This document shows positions 53,136 through 64,000 of a DNA stretch of 64,000 nt, piece after piece. The stretch's first letter is position 1. Each line of letters opens with the position of its first letter. Source of the stretch: Callorhinchus milii (Eukaryota); NCBI RefSeq assembly GCF_018977255.1, contig NW_024704755.1, positions 4,712,001 through 4,776,000 of the forward strand, written 5' to 3'. The position numbers were made by a program, and so were the translations under genes. The notes beneath the pieces are model-generated. The model was not told the origin of the DNA and did no database searches. It saw only the letters and a program-made list of their open reading frames with translations.

Positions 53136-53679
53136 GTTAGTAGGAGTGCAGCGATGTTAACATAGAGCAGTTGGTGTCACAACATTCGCCAAGAGGTAAA
53201 TGAGCTTTGCTTTTTTTTTTGTCACATACATAAAGATTCCAAAACTCTTAATTTGGAATCTTAAAACATTGATCTCAGGATTTCAGATCCCCGATTATTT
53301 TATGTAAATTGTGTAATTTATACCACTGTGGTGCTGTTTGATTAAATAAATTAATTTGGTATCAATAGCATGTCCAGCATCTCAGCAAAAATATGGCATA
53401 TTCTTATTGTATGAACTTTCGTTCATCAATCAATTAACTTGGGTGTTTCAATGTGGATCTAATCAACCAATCTAATCAAAAATCCATAAAAGGTCTAACC
53501 AAAATTTGGGATTATAATTGATTGATTTTTGTGATAGTCTTTTGGTACATTTGATATCTATGAGAAAGTTGCTAAACTTAGCATGTGAAGTTTATGCAGA
53601 TTGGAAACCGTTAAGGGCATTTTAAGTCTGACTTTGTATAGCACAATGTGATCAGTTTGTATGTCAGCAATTTGTCTTT

Positions 53680-53757
53680 TAACAATTTTTTTGAAAGTTT
53701 CCATTGTCTGAGGTAAATAACAATTTTTTTGAAAGTTTCTATTGTCTGGAGGTAAAT
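53680..53757. repeat. ~38-bp tandem duplication
   Basis: taacaatttttttgaaagtttccattgtctgaggtaaa repeated with 2 differences. Confidence 0.9.
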
Positions 53758-54480
53758 CTGTATTTCTGTCCACTATACACGTAGAGTTGACTTCAAATAA
53801 CAACAGCAAAATTACATTTGTATAGAGCCTTTCACGTTGGGAGGACGTCCCAAAATGTCTTTCCATCCTTGCAAATTTGCCCATTATTATTCCTCCAAGC
53901 ACTTTGCAAGGTGCTTGTGCTGAACGAAGTCCTAAGAGTCCTGAAACAATCTTCCATTATTTCTACTTCTAGCCAATGGCAAGAATAGGGGTTGCATTGA
54001 TCTACCTTCCAAAGGCATTTGGATAATTTTCTAAAGCTTCTGAAATGACGATAATCAATATGAACAATCATGAGGCATGGAATGTGGACTGTATCATTGA
54101 GGTCTTCAATCTAGTGGACAAACAAACAATGCAGAACAAGATCCTGAAGAAGTCCTTTCTAGTTTACTGCTATGGTCCACTGCCAGAAGCCTCTGTGTTC
54201 CCATGCAGTATGAATGAGGCAACTTGCTCACAATGGCGATGACTTTACAGCAATAATATGCAACATACATCTGACATGTGATTATGTATCTTTTTACAGC
54301 TTTCACTTGAAATTAAAATTAATATTCCTTACATTTTATACAGCGCCTTTGACATCGGGAGGACCTCTCAAAGCACTTCACAGGATTCACTGTAAAATGC
54401 AGTAACTGTGTATTTTGTTAGGAGAAATTCAGAAATGCAGAAACCAATTTGTGCGAAGCAATATCCCACAAACAGCCAAC

Positions 54481-54620
54481 AGAGTTCTGACGAAGGGTCG
54501 TGGACCCGAAGTGTTGACTCATTTTCCTTTCTCCATAGATGCTGCCTGACCTGCTGAGTATTCCCAGCGACTTCTGTTTTTGTTTCAGATTTCCAGCATC
54601 TGCAGTATTTTGCGTTTTGC
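54481..54620 (+). mobile_element. Penelope-type terminal-repeat fragment with minimal hammerhead motif
   Basis: ctgacgaagggtc-gtg-gacccgaa...tctccatagatgctgcctgacctgctgagt...cagatttccagcatctgcagta is a repeat I recall from chondrichthyan genomes; it abuts an old SINE (54335-54480, -). Confidence 0.7.
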
Positions 54621-55369
54621 TAACATCTACATGTTCAGTTAATAATCGAGCAATAGTCCAAAATATAGATGTAATTTAAGTTACTGCACCATCTAGTAAA
54701 TGAGAAATTAAAGAAATATTACGGTGATGAAAATTGTTGCATCCAATTTGTTTCTTGAACTAAATGTATATCTATATGCTATATCGATGCTATATCGATA
54801 TGTGAAATGTTACCTACTTACAAATCAACTACTCCTGGAATCATTTAAATGAAAGCATAAAGTTTCACTAATCATTACTCTCGATGTGTAAAACAGGGAC
54901 ATTTGTATTGATCTGTTTTGTAATCGTGTTTCAGGAAAGAATTTGGAACACAAATATGTCATATGTCCAAATAATTGGTTATTTTTTAAACCAACACAGC
55001 TATCGTAAAGCTCTTCCTGAACCCACATCACATGCGCAGAAGTATATGTATCAGCCTACTCTTGGGCAATCAGTGGAAGACAGTTGTGTCCTATTAAAAA
55101 GTATTCAAAAAGCTTTACTCTTTCGGATGGAACAGTTTTGTTGAATCTGTAGTCTAACTGTTCAGATGGATGTTAAAGATCCCACAGCACTATTTGAAAA
55201 ATATGATCTTTCTACACAGTCATTGCATTTCACAGTAAATCCAGCAAGACCCTTTGAGACCCCCTCCCAACTTGAAAGGCGATAAATCTGAAGCAATATT
55301 TATTATTTTTTATTGACCGTGATTTTGTGAATTTAAAAAGGTATAATAATAATTCATACAATTGCATGA

Positions 55370-55936
55370 ATCAAATTTGTGCACAGCATGTCTCACAAAC
55401 AACCATAAAGTGAATGAGCAATTTTCTCCGTTTTCTTTTTGAATCATACTGTGACATCTTTTAATATCCCCCTGAAGAGGTCAATAGAACCTCAGTTTAA
55501 CATCACATCTGAAAGTTAGCAACTTCGATAGTAGTGTCAGAACAAACATGGCTCCTGTGGCTCAGTGGTTAGAGCACTCGCTTTGCAAGCGAGAGACCTG
55601 AGTTCAATTCCAGGCAGAGGGCGAAACCTTGGGCAAGTTTCCTTACTCCACACAGAGCCTAATAATAATCCCTCCAAAACCAAAAACAATAATAAATTGG
55701 TCATTTTCAATCTACGACTGTTTGTGGGACATTGCTGTGCGCAATTGGCTGCCGCGTTAGCCCACAAATATACAGTCAATTCACTTTACAGTGTGTTCTG
55801 TGAAGCGCTTTGGGACGTCCTCCCGACGTGAAAAGCGCTATATCAAATGCAAGGATTATTATTATTATAACATGGAGTGTTAGTACAAACTGAGCGCAAA
55901 GTCCAGATATGGGTCTTGAACCAACAACTTCTGAGT
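55370..55936 (-). mobile_element. Old DeuSINE interrupted by the young SINE at 55549-55868
   Basis: Deu-type sequence (cctcagtttaacatcacatctgaaag) resumes after the insertion as ggagtgttagt...gggtcttgaaccaacaacttctgagt. Confidence 0.75.
55549..55868 (+). mobile_element. Young full-length tRNA-Ala-derived SINE nested in an older SINE
   Basis: Same family; TSD AACATGG at 55545-55551 and 55869-55875. Confidence 0.95.
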
Positions 55937-56147
55937 ATTCCATCATAACTAAATTTAAATGTAACTAATTTCTCAGTTATTTGTGCAAATATGTTTTAAC
56001 TCTTTTTTTTTACAAAATGAACAACGTTTACCCAACTGGGATTTTATCATAATTAACTAGCAACCTATTTTTCTATTTCTCAACGCCCTCAGAAGATAAA
56101 TAAATGGTTGCTAATTGATGACTGGCAATACTTGATGATCAACAACA

Positions 56148-56436
56148 GCAAGGCAAGGACTGGGGTTATCAGGGAGAGGAGTTTCGTGCGGGTGAGAATG
56201 CGGGTGGCAGAGTTCTGAATGAGTTGGATTTTATGGATGGTAGTGGGTGGTAGACCGGCGAGGAGGGCGTTGGAGTAGTCCAGCCAAGAAGTGACAAAGG
56301 CATAGACCAGAGTTTCAGCAGCTTTTGGGAAGAGGTATTGGCGGAGACGGGCGATGCGACGGAGGTGGAAAAAGGCAGTGCTGGTAAGGGACCGGATGTG
56401 GGGGCGGAAGGATAATTGAGGGTCGAATCTGAACCT
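56148..56436 (-). mobile_element. L2-clade LINE ORF2 fragment (less decayed)
   Basis: FDPQLSFRPHIRSLTSTAFFHLRRIARLR...AFVTSWLDYSNALLAGLP...QLIQNSATRILT. Confidence 0.92.
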
Positions 56437-57989
56437 GATCATGTCTTCTATCTTTCAAAAGTTTGTATCCACCATTTCTATTTTCAGTACAGATATTTTA
56501 TGAAATCCCTCACTTTTGTGTGAATATTCAGTGTGATAAAGTAATTTGTTTCATTTTTAATCTACAGGAAAGGCACATGCATATAATGTAAATAATGCTA
56601 ATGTACAATATTTTAAATGTTAATTTAATTATCATTTGGTATGTACAGACCGGATCTAGGAAACTAGGAAATTGTTGAAACAATAACCATTTCATTTGTA
56701 AAAAGTATAACATAGAGTAATTGATTAAAAGTAAAATTGGATTGTTCTGAAAACTGTTTGCAACATGATGTTTGATGGCTTCAAACTACAATTTGGAGAT
56801 ACCAAGGAAAGAAATGATATTGTCTGTTTAAATAAAGATTTCTGTCAATCGAGTAAGATTTGGAATATACTGTACTTTGGAATTCAATAGGGATGATGGT
56901 CTATGGTATATTAGAGAAGACCAAAGATGCCAAACCAGATGGTTTTGAGCAGATAAATTCAGATAAGCCATTTTAAAAGATGGAGAAGTAAATGAAAATC
57001 ATCTTATGGAGCTTGACTGAATGGCATAAAACAGCTGTATGTCATCTTGATTTGCAATATGGTGTTAGGATCTGTACATTAATCCTTTATCATTATATCT
57101 TCAATATTGCTTTCCTCTTTATTGTAGTCTAGGGATTCGATGCACAAGGGTGAATGCCGTTATTGTACCAAGTATCCCGATCATGCTACAAAATTTGAGT
57201 GTATATATTATATAATGTTCAGATTTGATAAATCTAAATAAAAATGCTGAGAAACATTGGGTGCAGGAATAACAATGTAAATAAATAACTTTGAAAATGA
57301 AATGTTAAGGATCAATGCACTTATTTAATCTTGGTCAATTACAAAATAAATATTCACACAAATTGGTATCTAAAATGCAGAAATTGACTTTCTTGTCAAC
57401 TAATAGTCTTTTAATTCAATATCTAACTTCTGATTTTGTATACCAAATATACCTGTACATTAAAAATAATTAAATATTTAATGAAATCCAATTTTAGATA
57501 GTGTTGTGGCAATCTGTGTAATATGCTGTATTTGTTAAATGTCCAGAAGTGATTATGGTATCAAATCGAATAGAACATAAGCCTAAACTGAGAGTATGTT
57601 TCCTGTAATCTTGTTGGTAGAGTTTTTCTCTGTAAGGTTTACACAAGCTATATTTTGATGCCTCATTGATTTAGAAAATTGTCATAGTTAATAACAGTTA
57701 GCTATGGGTGCATACAAAATATTCTACATTCAATCTACAGTATTAATCATGTTGATAGAATATTAAGGAGTTGTTATTAAATGTGGTTATAATTTGACTG
57801 ATATTTTAAGTACATCTGAAATATACTGTATACAGGCCCAAGTTTTAAGATTTTTTGAATCAATGTTATTGCTAAAAAGTTCAGCTCATTTTAACATCAT
57901 TGCAATGATCTGGGTTTAATTTTAAGATGAAAAGTGGATTCACTTTTAATTCTTCATTCTAACATTCATATTCCTTCACACCCTTGCCC

Positions 57990-58345
57990 CACAGCATTTA
58001 TGGGATCTCATGCAGTCTTATTCCCTTCCCTCCACTCCGCTAATTCAGGCTTCATGTCCACTGCCCCCTCCACCTGATAACAGTGGGTGACCATTCAGGC
58101 ACTTTGCCCATGCTTTCTGAAACTCTTTCCCCAAATCCTTCCACCTTGCATTCTCTATCTCTCTCTCTCTCTGTGCTTTCAAAGCTCTTCTAAAAACATA
58201 TCTCTTTGACAATGCCTTCTTCCCAACGCCCTGTCCTCACTCCACTTGGCTTGCTCGTCTGTCTGTGTAAAGCACTGACTTTACAGCGCTTTACAGAGAC
58301 GCAGGCATGAAAGGTGCTATATAAGTGCAAATTGTTGCTGTTGAT
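57990..58345 (+). mobile_element. Degenerate L2 LINE 3' end
   Basis: ctgaaactctttcccca...ttcaaagctcttctaaaaacatatctctttgac...aaggtgctatataagtgcaaattgttg. Confidence 0.7.
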
Positions 58346-59359
58346 TTAATTAATTAGTATTTAATCTGCATAATTGATCAGAAGTTAACTAATGTTATCA
58401 AAGGAAACCTCCAGCTTTCAAACATTTATTTGTATTGAAACAAATCTCCTTCGATAAATAGTTCTGAGCAGTGATTTCTTTTCATCATGTCAGTTGTACA
58501 GTTTAAAGTGANTTTTTTTCCCTTACTGAGACCGCTAATGTGTCACTGTGGGAGAGACTATGTGAAAATTTTGCAAAGAATCAAATTTTACCAGCCCCTT
58601 AGCTTACCTGGACCAACATCAGCCATTTTACCTGAGGCTCACCACTCAAAATGGTGTCTTTAAGCCATTTTCCTCTAAGCCATGCAAGCTGTCTTACAAT
58701 CACCTTACAAATAGTATCTGGTTGCACAGATGCCAGTGTAATCTCAGCACTCACTATACATATAAGAAATTGCAGCATGTTCTATGTACAGTTGATGATG
58801 TGATTATAAAGACACATGTAAAATAGATAAAAGTACGCCTAATGTATCTTTATCAATTATGCATTTTACATGATTTGTATTTTCCATTGCAATCTGCAGT
58901 ATTAGAATGTTGAATTTTCTTTGCAATTTAAAATATACATGTATGCTGCAAATGTCTAATGCTGAATAATGTAAAGAACTGAACAACTACTGTATACAAA
59001 ACCTCAGAATATATTTTTGGATTCATTTTGCATTTGCGCCTGCTCTGTAAACACTGATACATACCATCAACTGCATTTTTGGGGGCCTTTTATTATTGAG
59101 AATCAAGGTACAATGTCATGACCCACAGTGCAGCATACCATCAAGATTGAAAAGATCTGCAGAAAAATAGATGTATCAAGAAGAAGTACTGTAGTTAGGT
59201 GATGGATTTTTAAAACCTGCAGATTATGTGGAGGAAGGAGAATTGAAGAAGGTGGTGGGGAAACAATGAATTAGAATAACAGTCAGTGCGATGATTTAGA
59301 ACTTCAAAACTGTGAGCATAACTATTCCATCTGGAGGTTTATCAACTAGGTCACTGGGT

Positions 59360-59575
59360 GAAACTTTTATCTCCTTTTGAATTCTGTCATGGGATCTTTA
59401 ACATCTACTCGACCAGGCAGATGGGTACCTTGCTTAAACATGTCTGATGAAAAATGCACCTTCGACAATGCATCATTCACTCATTATTACACAGGAATAT
59501 TGTCAATCAGCACTACAGTCTGGAACCCACAACTTTCAAATCCAGAGGCAAGAGTGTTGCCAACCGAGGCAAAAT
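59360..59575 (-). mobile_element. Old DeuSINE 5' half
   Basis: tgtcatgggatctttaacatctac...gaacccacaactttcaaatccagaggcaagagtgttgccaaccgagg. Confidence 0.7.
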
Positions 59576-60120
59576 GATAGGAATCAGAAAGAACATGTAT
59601 TGAGATGCAGCATTCATTCTATTGATATGTTGCTTTTATAGCATTTCCCCAAACCACACATACAAGGGATGACAAGAAAACTGACCTTTGGAGGGNAAAA
59701 AAATGGTGTGTACACAAAAATAAGTCATTAGTTTTGCTGATATTGTGAAATTAACTAGTCAATTGTGCATTTGATGAAACACACATACATAACACCTGAA
59801 ATGGTTTGCCATGTTTTTGTGGTAGAATAATGTGTTTACCATTTAAAATCTGATTGTTTATCGGACAAACTGGAACTAAGAAAGTTTAAATGAGTGTATA
59901 CATGGCCCGGGTGCATTTGAGTGTCAGCTGCCTTAAGGAGTCGAGCTTAGTATGAAAAAGCTTATTGTCAGTTTAACATTTTTTATTCTATATAATTTGT
60001 AATTAATTTTCTAATATAAAAACTGTTACTGCTATTAGCTATACAACTTTTGATGTTTATTGTCTAATATGTTCTTAATTGTTTTGGACTCAAAGATAGG
60101 TATTTATGCCTTTGTCCCTA

Positions 60121-60161
60121 ACTTAGGTGAATAGTATTTATTGAGTACTATTCACCTAAGT
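60121..60161. repeat. Perfect 16-bp inverted repeat (41-bp hairpin)
   Basis: ACTTAGGTGAATAGTA-tttattgag-TACTATTCACCTAAGT. Confidence 0.95.
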
Positions 60162-63100
60162 ATAGTATTTATATATTTATCAAACACACTTAGCTTTGCT
60201 TGTAGCGATGTTAGATGAAAGGGATTTTGGAGTGAATGGATTTTTATGTCCGATTCACACCTTTGCTTTATGCATTAGAAAATAATATACTCGGAACGCC
60301 AGATAATGGAGCTCTATAAGTAATGCACAGCTCTCACATGTGGTTGATGCTGTATATCATCCACACTCTGCCATGATCTAGTCTTCTAATATATTTTACA
60401 CCCATACTGTGAACCACACATTAATCCTTTTTTAGTGTATCTCCTTGCCTCACTAAATAATTCTAAGGAATTGCACTGTAGTAAATGTATTTGTGCCCTG
60501 CAAGCTAAAATATAAATCCAGTCCTCAAAGGGTCAACATTGGAAACTGCACACACATGCATTTTGCACAGCAGGGTACAAGAGATATGATGCTAATAAGA
60601 TCATAAGATGTATGTGAGGCTGGCTCATGGGATTAGGCCGAAGATTTCTGTAAATTTTTAAACTAAAGATTCTTCTGGAAAATTATGATATGATGCTTTT
60701 GAGAAATATTGCCATCTGAAATGTGATTTTAAATGTGACAGCTCACTGCCTATGAATCACATCTGTAAAAGTTTACAGGGAACAGAAGGTCTTTTTTTAA
60801 AAAAAACAACAGTATGGAAAGAATAAAGAACGATCTGGAGAGGAAAAAAAGGAGAAAATAATGAACATAGTGAATTCTGTGTTAATCTATTTATGTCAAC
60901 TTTCCTATCTTGCAGAACAATATACATTTCCTTTGTGAACATATGTATGTATTTAAAAAGAACACTCCTATATTCATGGGTGTACACAAGCCATTTTAAA
61001 TTCTTTCACTTCATCGCATTTTCAGTTGACCTTTAGTGAAGCACTGCAGATTTACAGGGAGTTATGTTTCTTTTGATCACTTAGTTTAAGACCAGGTTGG
61101 TTTGGCAATTTGGGTGTTTTATAATGGGGGGGAAAATATCACCACCTTGAAGTCACCAATTCTAAAACTAGAGATTAATCGCTGAACTGATAAGAGGGCA
61201 GGATTTAGCTGGGCTGGAATGCATAAAACCTTTGAAGATGTATCTGGGTTTCATACGTTTCTTTAAAAGTGCAAGGTATCAGTCTGTTAAACCTGCTTGC
61301 TGATTGTTTTCATCTGTACGACATACAGAAATATGATTGTACAAGGATGATTTATTGTTATAGTAACATGTACTTTAACAAACCTCTGTGAATCTACTCA
61401 TTATGAGAAACATATGAGGTATGAAACTATGATTATTCAAAGTAATTTGGTGTGACAATAAGTATCGCTTATAATGTAGACTATTGTGAAAAAATACTAC
61501 AATTAGATTTCATATATTTACATGAGTTGTTTGACATATTTAAATTATGTATAGATATTGATGTATTTTGTAGAAATTTTTAACGTAGTGTTTGCTGGTG
61601 TTAAATGATCAGTAGCTGAGAGAACAATAAGATACATAGGTAACAGTGGAAGGATTTCCTCATCTTTACAGCAGTCTGGCTTCAGCGATATTGTCAGGGT
61701 TTGTCCAGAACGGTGCATCATTTTGCATTCACAAGGGACTGATACAAACTTAAATTATTCCCATTGCCTCTATTGCAGGCAGAAAAAGAATCTCTGCATG
61801 TTTACACCGCTTCCTCTTGTCCAACTAGCTCCACCCCCCATCCCTTATGCTATGAAAAACCATCTTCCATTTATTTCAATGGAAAAACTCAGCCGCCAGC
61901 CCCATTCCTGTATCTTGTCCTCCACTTAATTACTGGAAGTGAGTTTGGCAGCCCTAGTACTGGTCTGCCATCTACATACTTTTAATAGCTGCAGAGCAGT
62001 GCAACTCAGTGACCCGTGGTGAAGTGAGTGCCTTCAGATGAGTTCCATGGTGAATCGGCTCCTGATTTGTGAAAGCATAGTTGAGTTGGGGAGTGGGAGG
62101 GGGGGGGGGGAGAAGGAGGAGGAATATTTTTATTGAAGGCGAGCCGAGCTGATTCCTATCAAACTAAAATGGATAAATTCTCTACATAATGATACACGAG
62201 CGCCCTCCATCCAGATGCTGGTATCACACAGAGAAAATAAATGCAGTTCTATTCTCAAGGATGCAAAAAATTGACAAAATAAAATTTAAAAATCTTTTTC
62301 TACAAAGATGTAGAGAAATGTTTTCGATGTGGAATATCTCGTTTAAAAACGTTTTCTTAACAGTGTGGGATTTATCTTGTTTTAGTCCTTACAAAATGAA
62401 GAATGGCAAACTTATATTAATTGATACCGCACAAAAGTACAGTCTGCCACAGATAGCACTTCAAAGATGGTGAAATGAGTAGACGAAGATATTCTTTCAC
62501 AGTCTAATGTCTCTGAATCCATTTCATGGAGAGTGAACACATGCATATGTACATTTACTAGATATTTAGAGCAGCATGTGGGCTTTTCCTTGTTTATTTG
62601 AAAGCATTGTCCATTTAAAGTTATTTCTGTGGAAGAAATTCGCCCCCTCCCCCCACTCCCCAAATTATTTACACATGCATTCACAAGGGCAGAGGAATAT
62701 AAAATAGATTTTTTAAAAATCTTTCATGAATACGATAATAATAACTTGCATTTATATAGTGCCTTTCATATAGGCTAACGTATTGAAGGGTAATGCATTA
62801 GTCAGATCTTTCCTGAGATAATTTTTAACATGATGCTAGTGTTTAAAATCTACAAGAAACTGACCCACACCGCGTCCAACTTGTTTATCGGAATTTATTT
62901 GAAAAATACTCCTTCTGAAGTATGATTTTTATTTTTGTGAGGAAACTAATTGAGTAACTCGGGAGGGAAGAAGTTGCGAGTGAATCAGTCTGCTTCATTA
63001 CTGAAAATTAAACACTCTATACTGTCTGTAAAGCACAGTATACTGTTTATCACACTAACTATACTGAGTGTGGTTTCAAAAATGCGCCCCTGAAAATTGG

Positions 63101-64000
63101 AAAATGTGTCACTTTTATGGCATAGCAATGTGAATATTCTCCAGTAGTTGTGTGTTTTTTTATAAAAAGAAAATGCATTGGTGATGTAGTGAACTTGTGT
63201 GCAAACTTGTTGATCTTGAAACGTACATTAAGGGTTTGCAATACTAGATAAGTCGTTGAGGAAGGGAAACAAGGCAGCCAAAATCTAACTAAGAGTGAAC
63301 ACTGGGAGCTTTCATTAACATCTGAAACCAGATGAAGAATAACCCACCCCAAGTCTAGGAGCTTAATCCTGTTTTCCTCCTCCCTAGACAACCAACATAT
63401 CATTGGAATCAAATTCAATTAGGAACAAAGAAACCTGAACAGCGATTAATTAAACCTTTTCACTTTCTTCCCTTTTCTTGTGCTTTCTTTTCACTCTGGT
63501 CCTTGTATTATTAGTGGCCAAACAATCTTCCAGTTTTGCTCTTCATTTTTTTTCCTTGAGGATATCCCAACGCTTTTATTTGCTCCGTTTTCTTTCTCAC
63601 TTTTCCAGAGTCTCAATCCTTTTGTGGCCAGTGCCATGATCCTTCGAAGTAGTTGAGATCAGATGAGCATCTTTCCAAATTCCCACTCTGTGAAGTGCCT
63701 AACCAATACTTGGCTCCTCAAGACAGCAACGGAGTTGAGATCAAGAACTCAGTAGATAGGGAAAACCTGTATTGATCTGATGTACAAGTCTATTGCAGGT
63801 CTTGCAGATTCCTCTATTTGGTTAGATTTTAATTTTTTATTCACTATGAAAAAGTAGTGGTAATCAACATTGCAACTTTGTTTTGCGTGCACTGCCTAAG
63901 GAAAGCCAATTCTTCACTAAATGCAAATGTTTATTTGAAACATCCAGGACTCCCTAAAAATAATTTGTTGATTGTTGAATGAGTTTAATTATTACTGTAC

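Noticed and set aside
6117-55831. Recurring ORFs such as ...[23 protein letters not shown]... and ...GHCCAQLAA...
   Set aside because: Translations of the non-coding SINE, not a protein family.
34169-56442. RT-like ORFs at 34169-34564 and 56089-56442 as functional genes
   Set aside because: Short truncated L2 fragments with no catalytic core or promoter.
57110-57160. Possible micro-exon after ttgtAG (~57128-57149)
   Set aside because: Weak donor and too short to assess.

Overview
AT-rich vertebrate genomic DNA. The SINE/LINE repertoire (tRNA-headed Deu-domain SINEs with L2-type tails, L2/CR1 relics, a Penelope-type repeat) points to a cartilaginous fish, probably a chimaera such as Callorhinchus; this is an inference. 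The window holds about 19 kb of intergenic DNA, a CpG-island promoter (~19.3-20.9 kb) and the first seven coding exons of a + strand gene: 20252-20339, 22370-22524, 30760-30888, 36123-36206, 44396-44518, 49458-49525 and 53000-53135. All junctions are GT-AG and phase-compatible, giving 783 nt or 261 aa of an open, mostly coiled-coil protein that continues past the window. I tentatively identify it as a long ancestral-type PMFBP1-like protein. Almost all ORFs in the supplied track are spurious or repeat-derived. The points most worth checking are: near-identical young SINEs in alternating orientation around the exons, AT-to-GC remodelling of old SINEs inside the CpG island, a degenerate Penelope-type minimal hammerhead ribozyme, a TE-poor regulatory-looking block at 47.8-52.4 kb with a possible internal or antisense promoter, and a longer ancestral SINE variant. 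I see no prokaryotic-type system, and I cannot establish a wholly new biological system from sequence alone.
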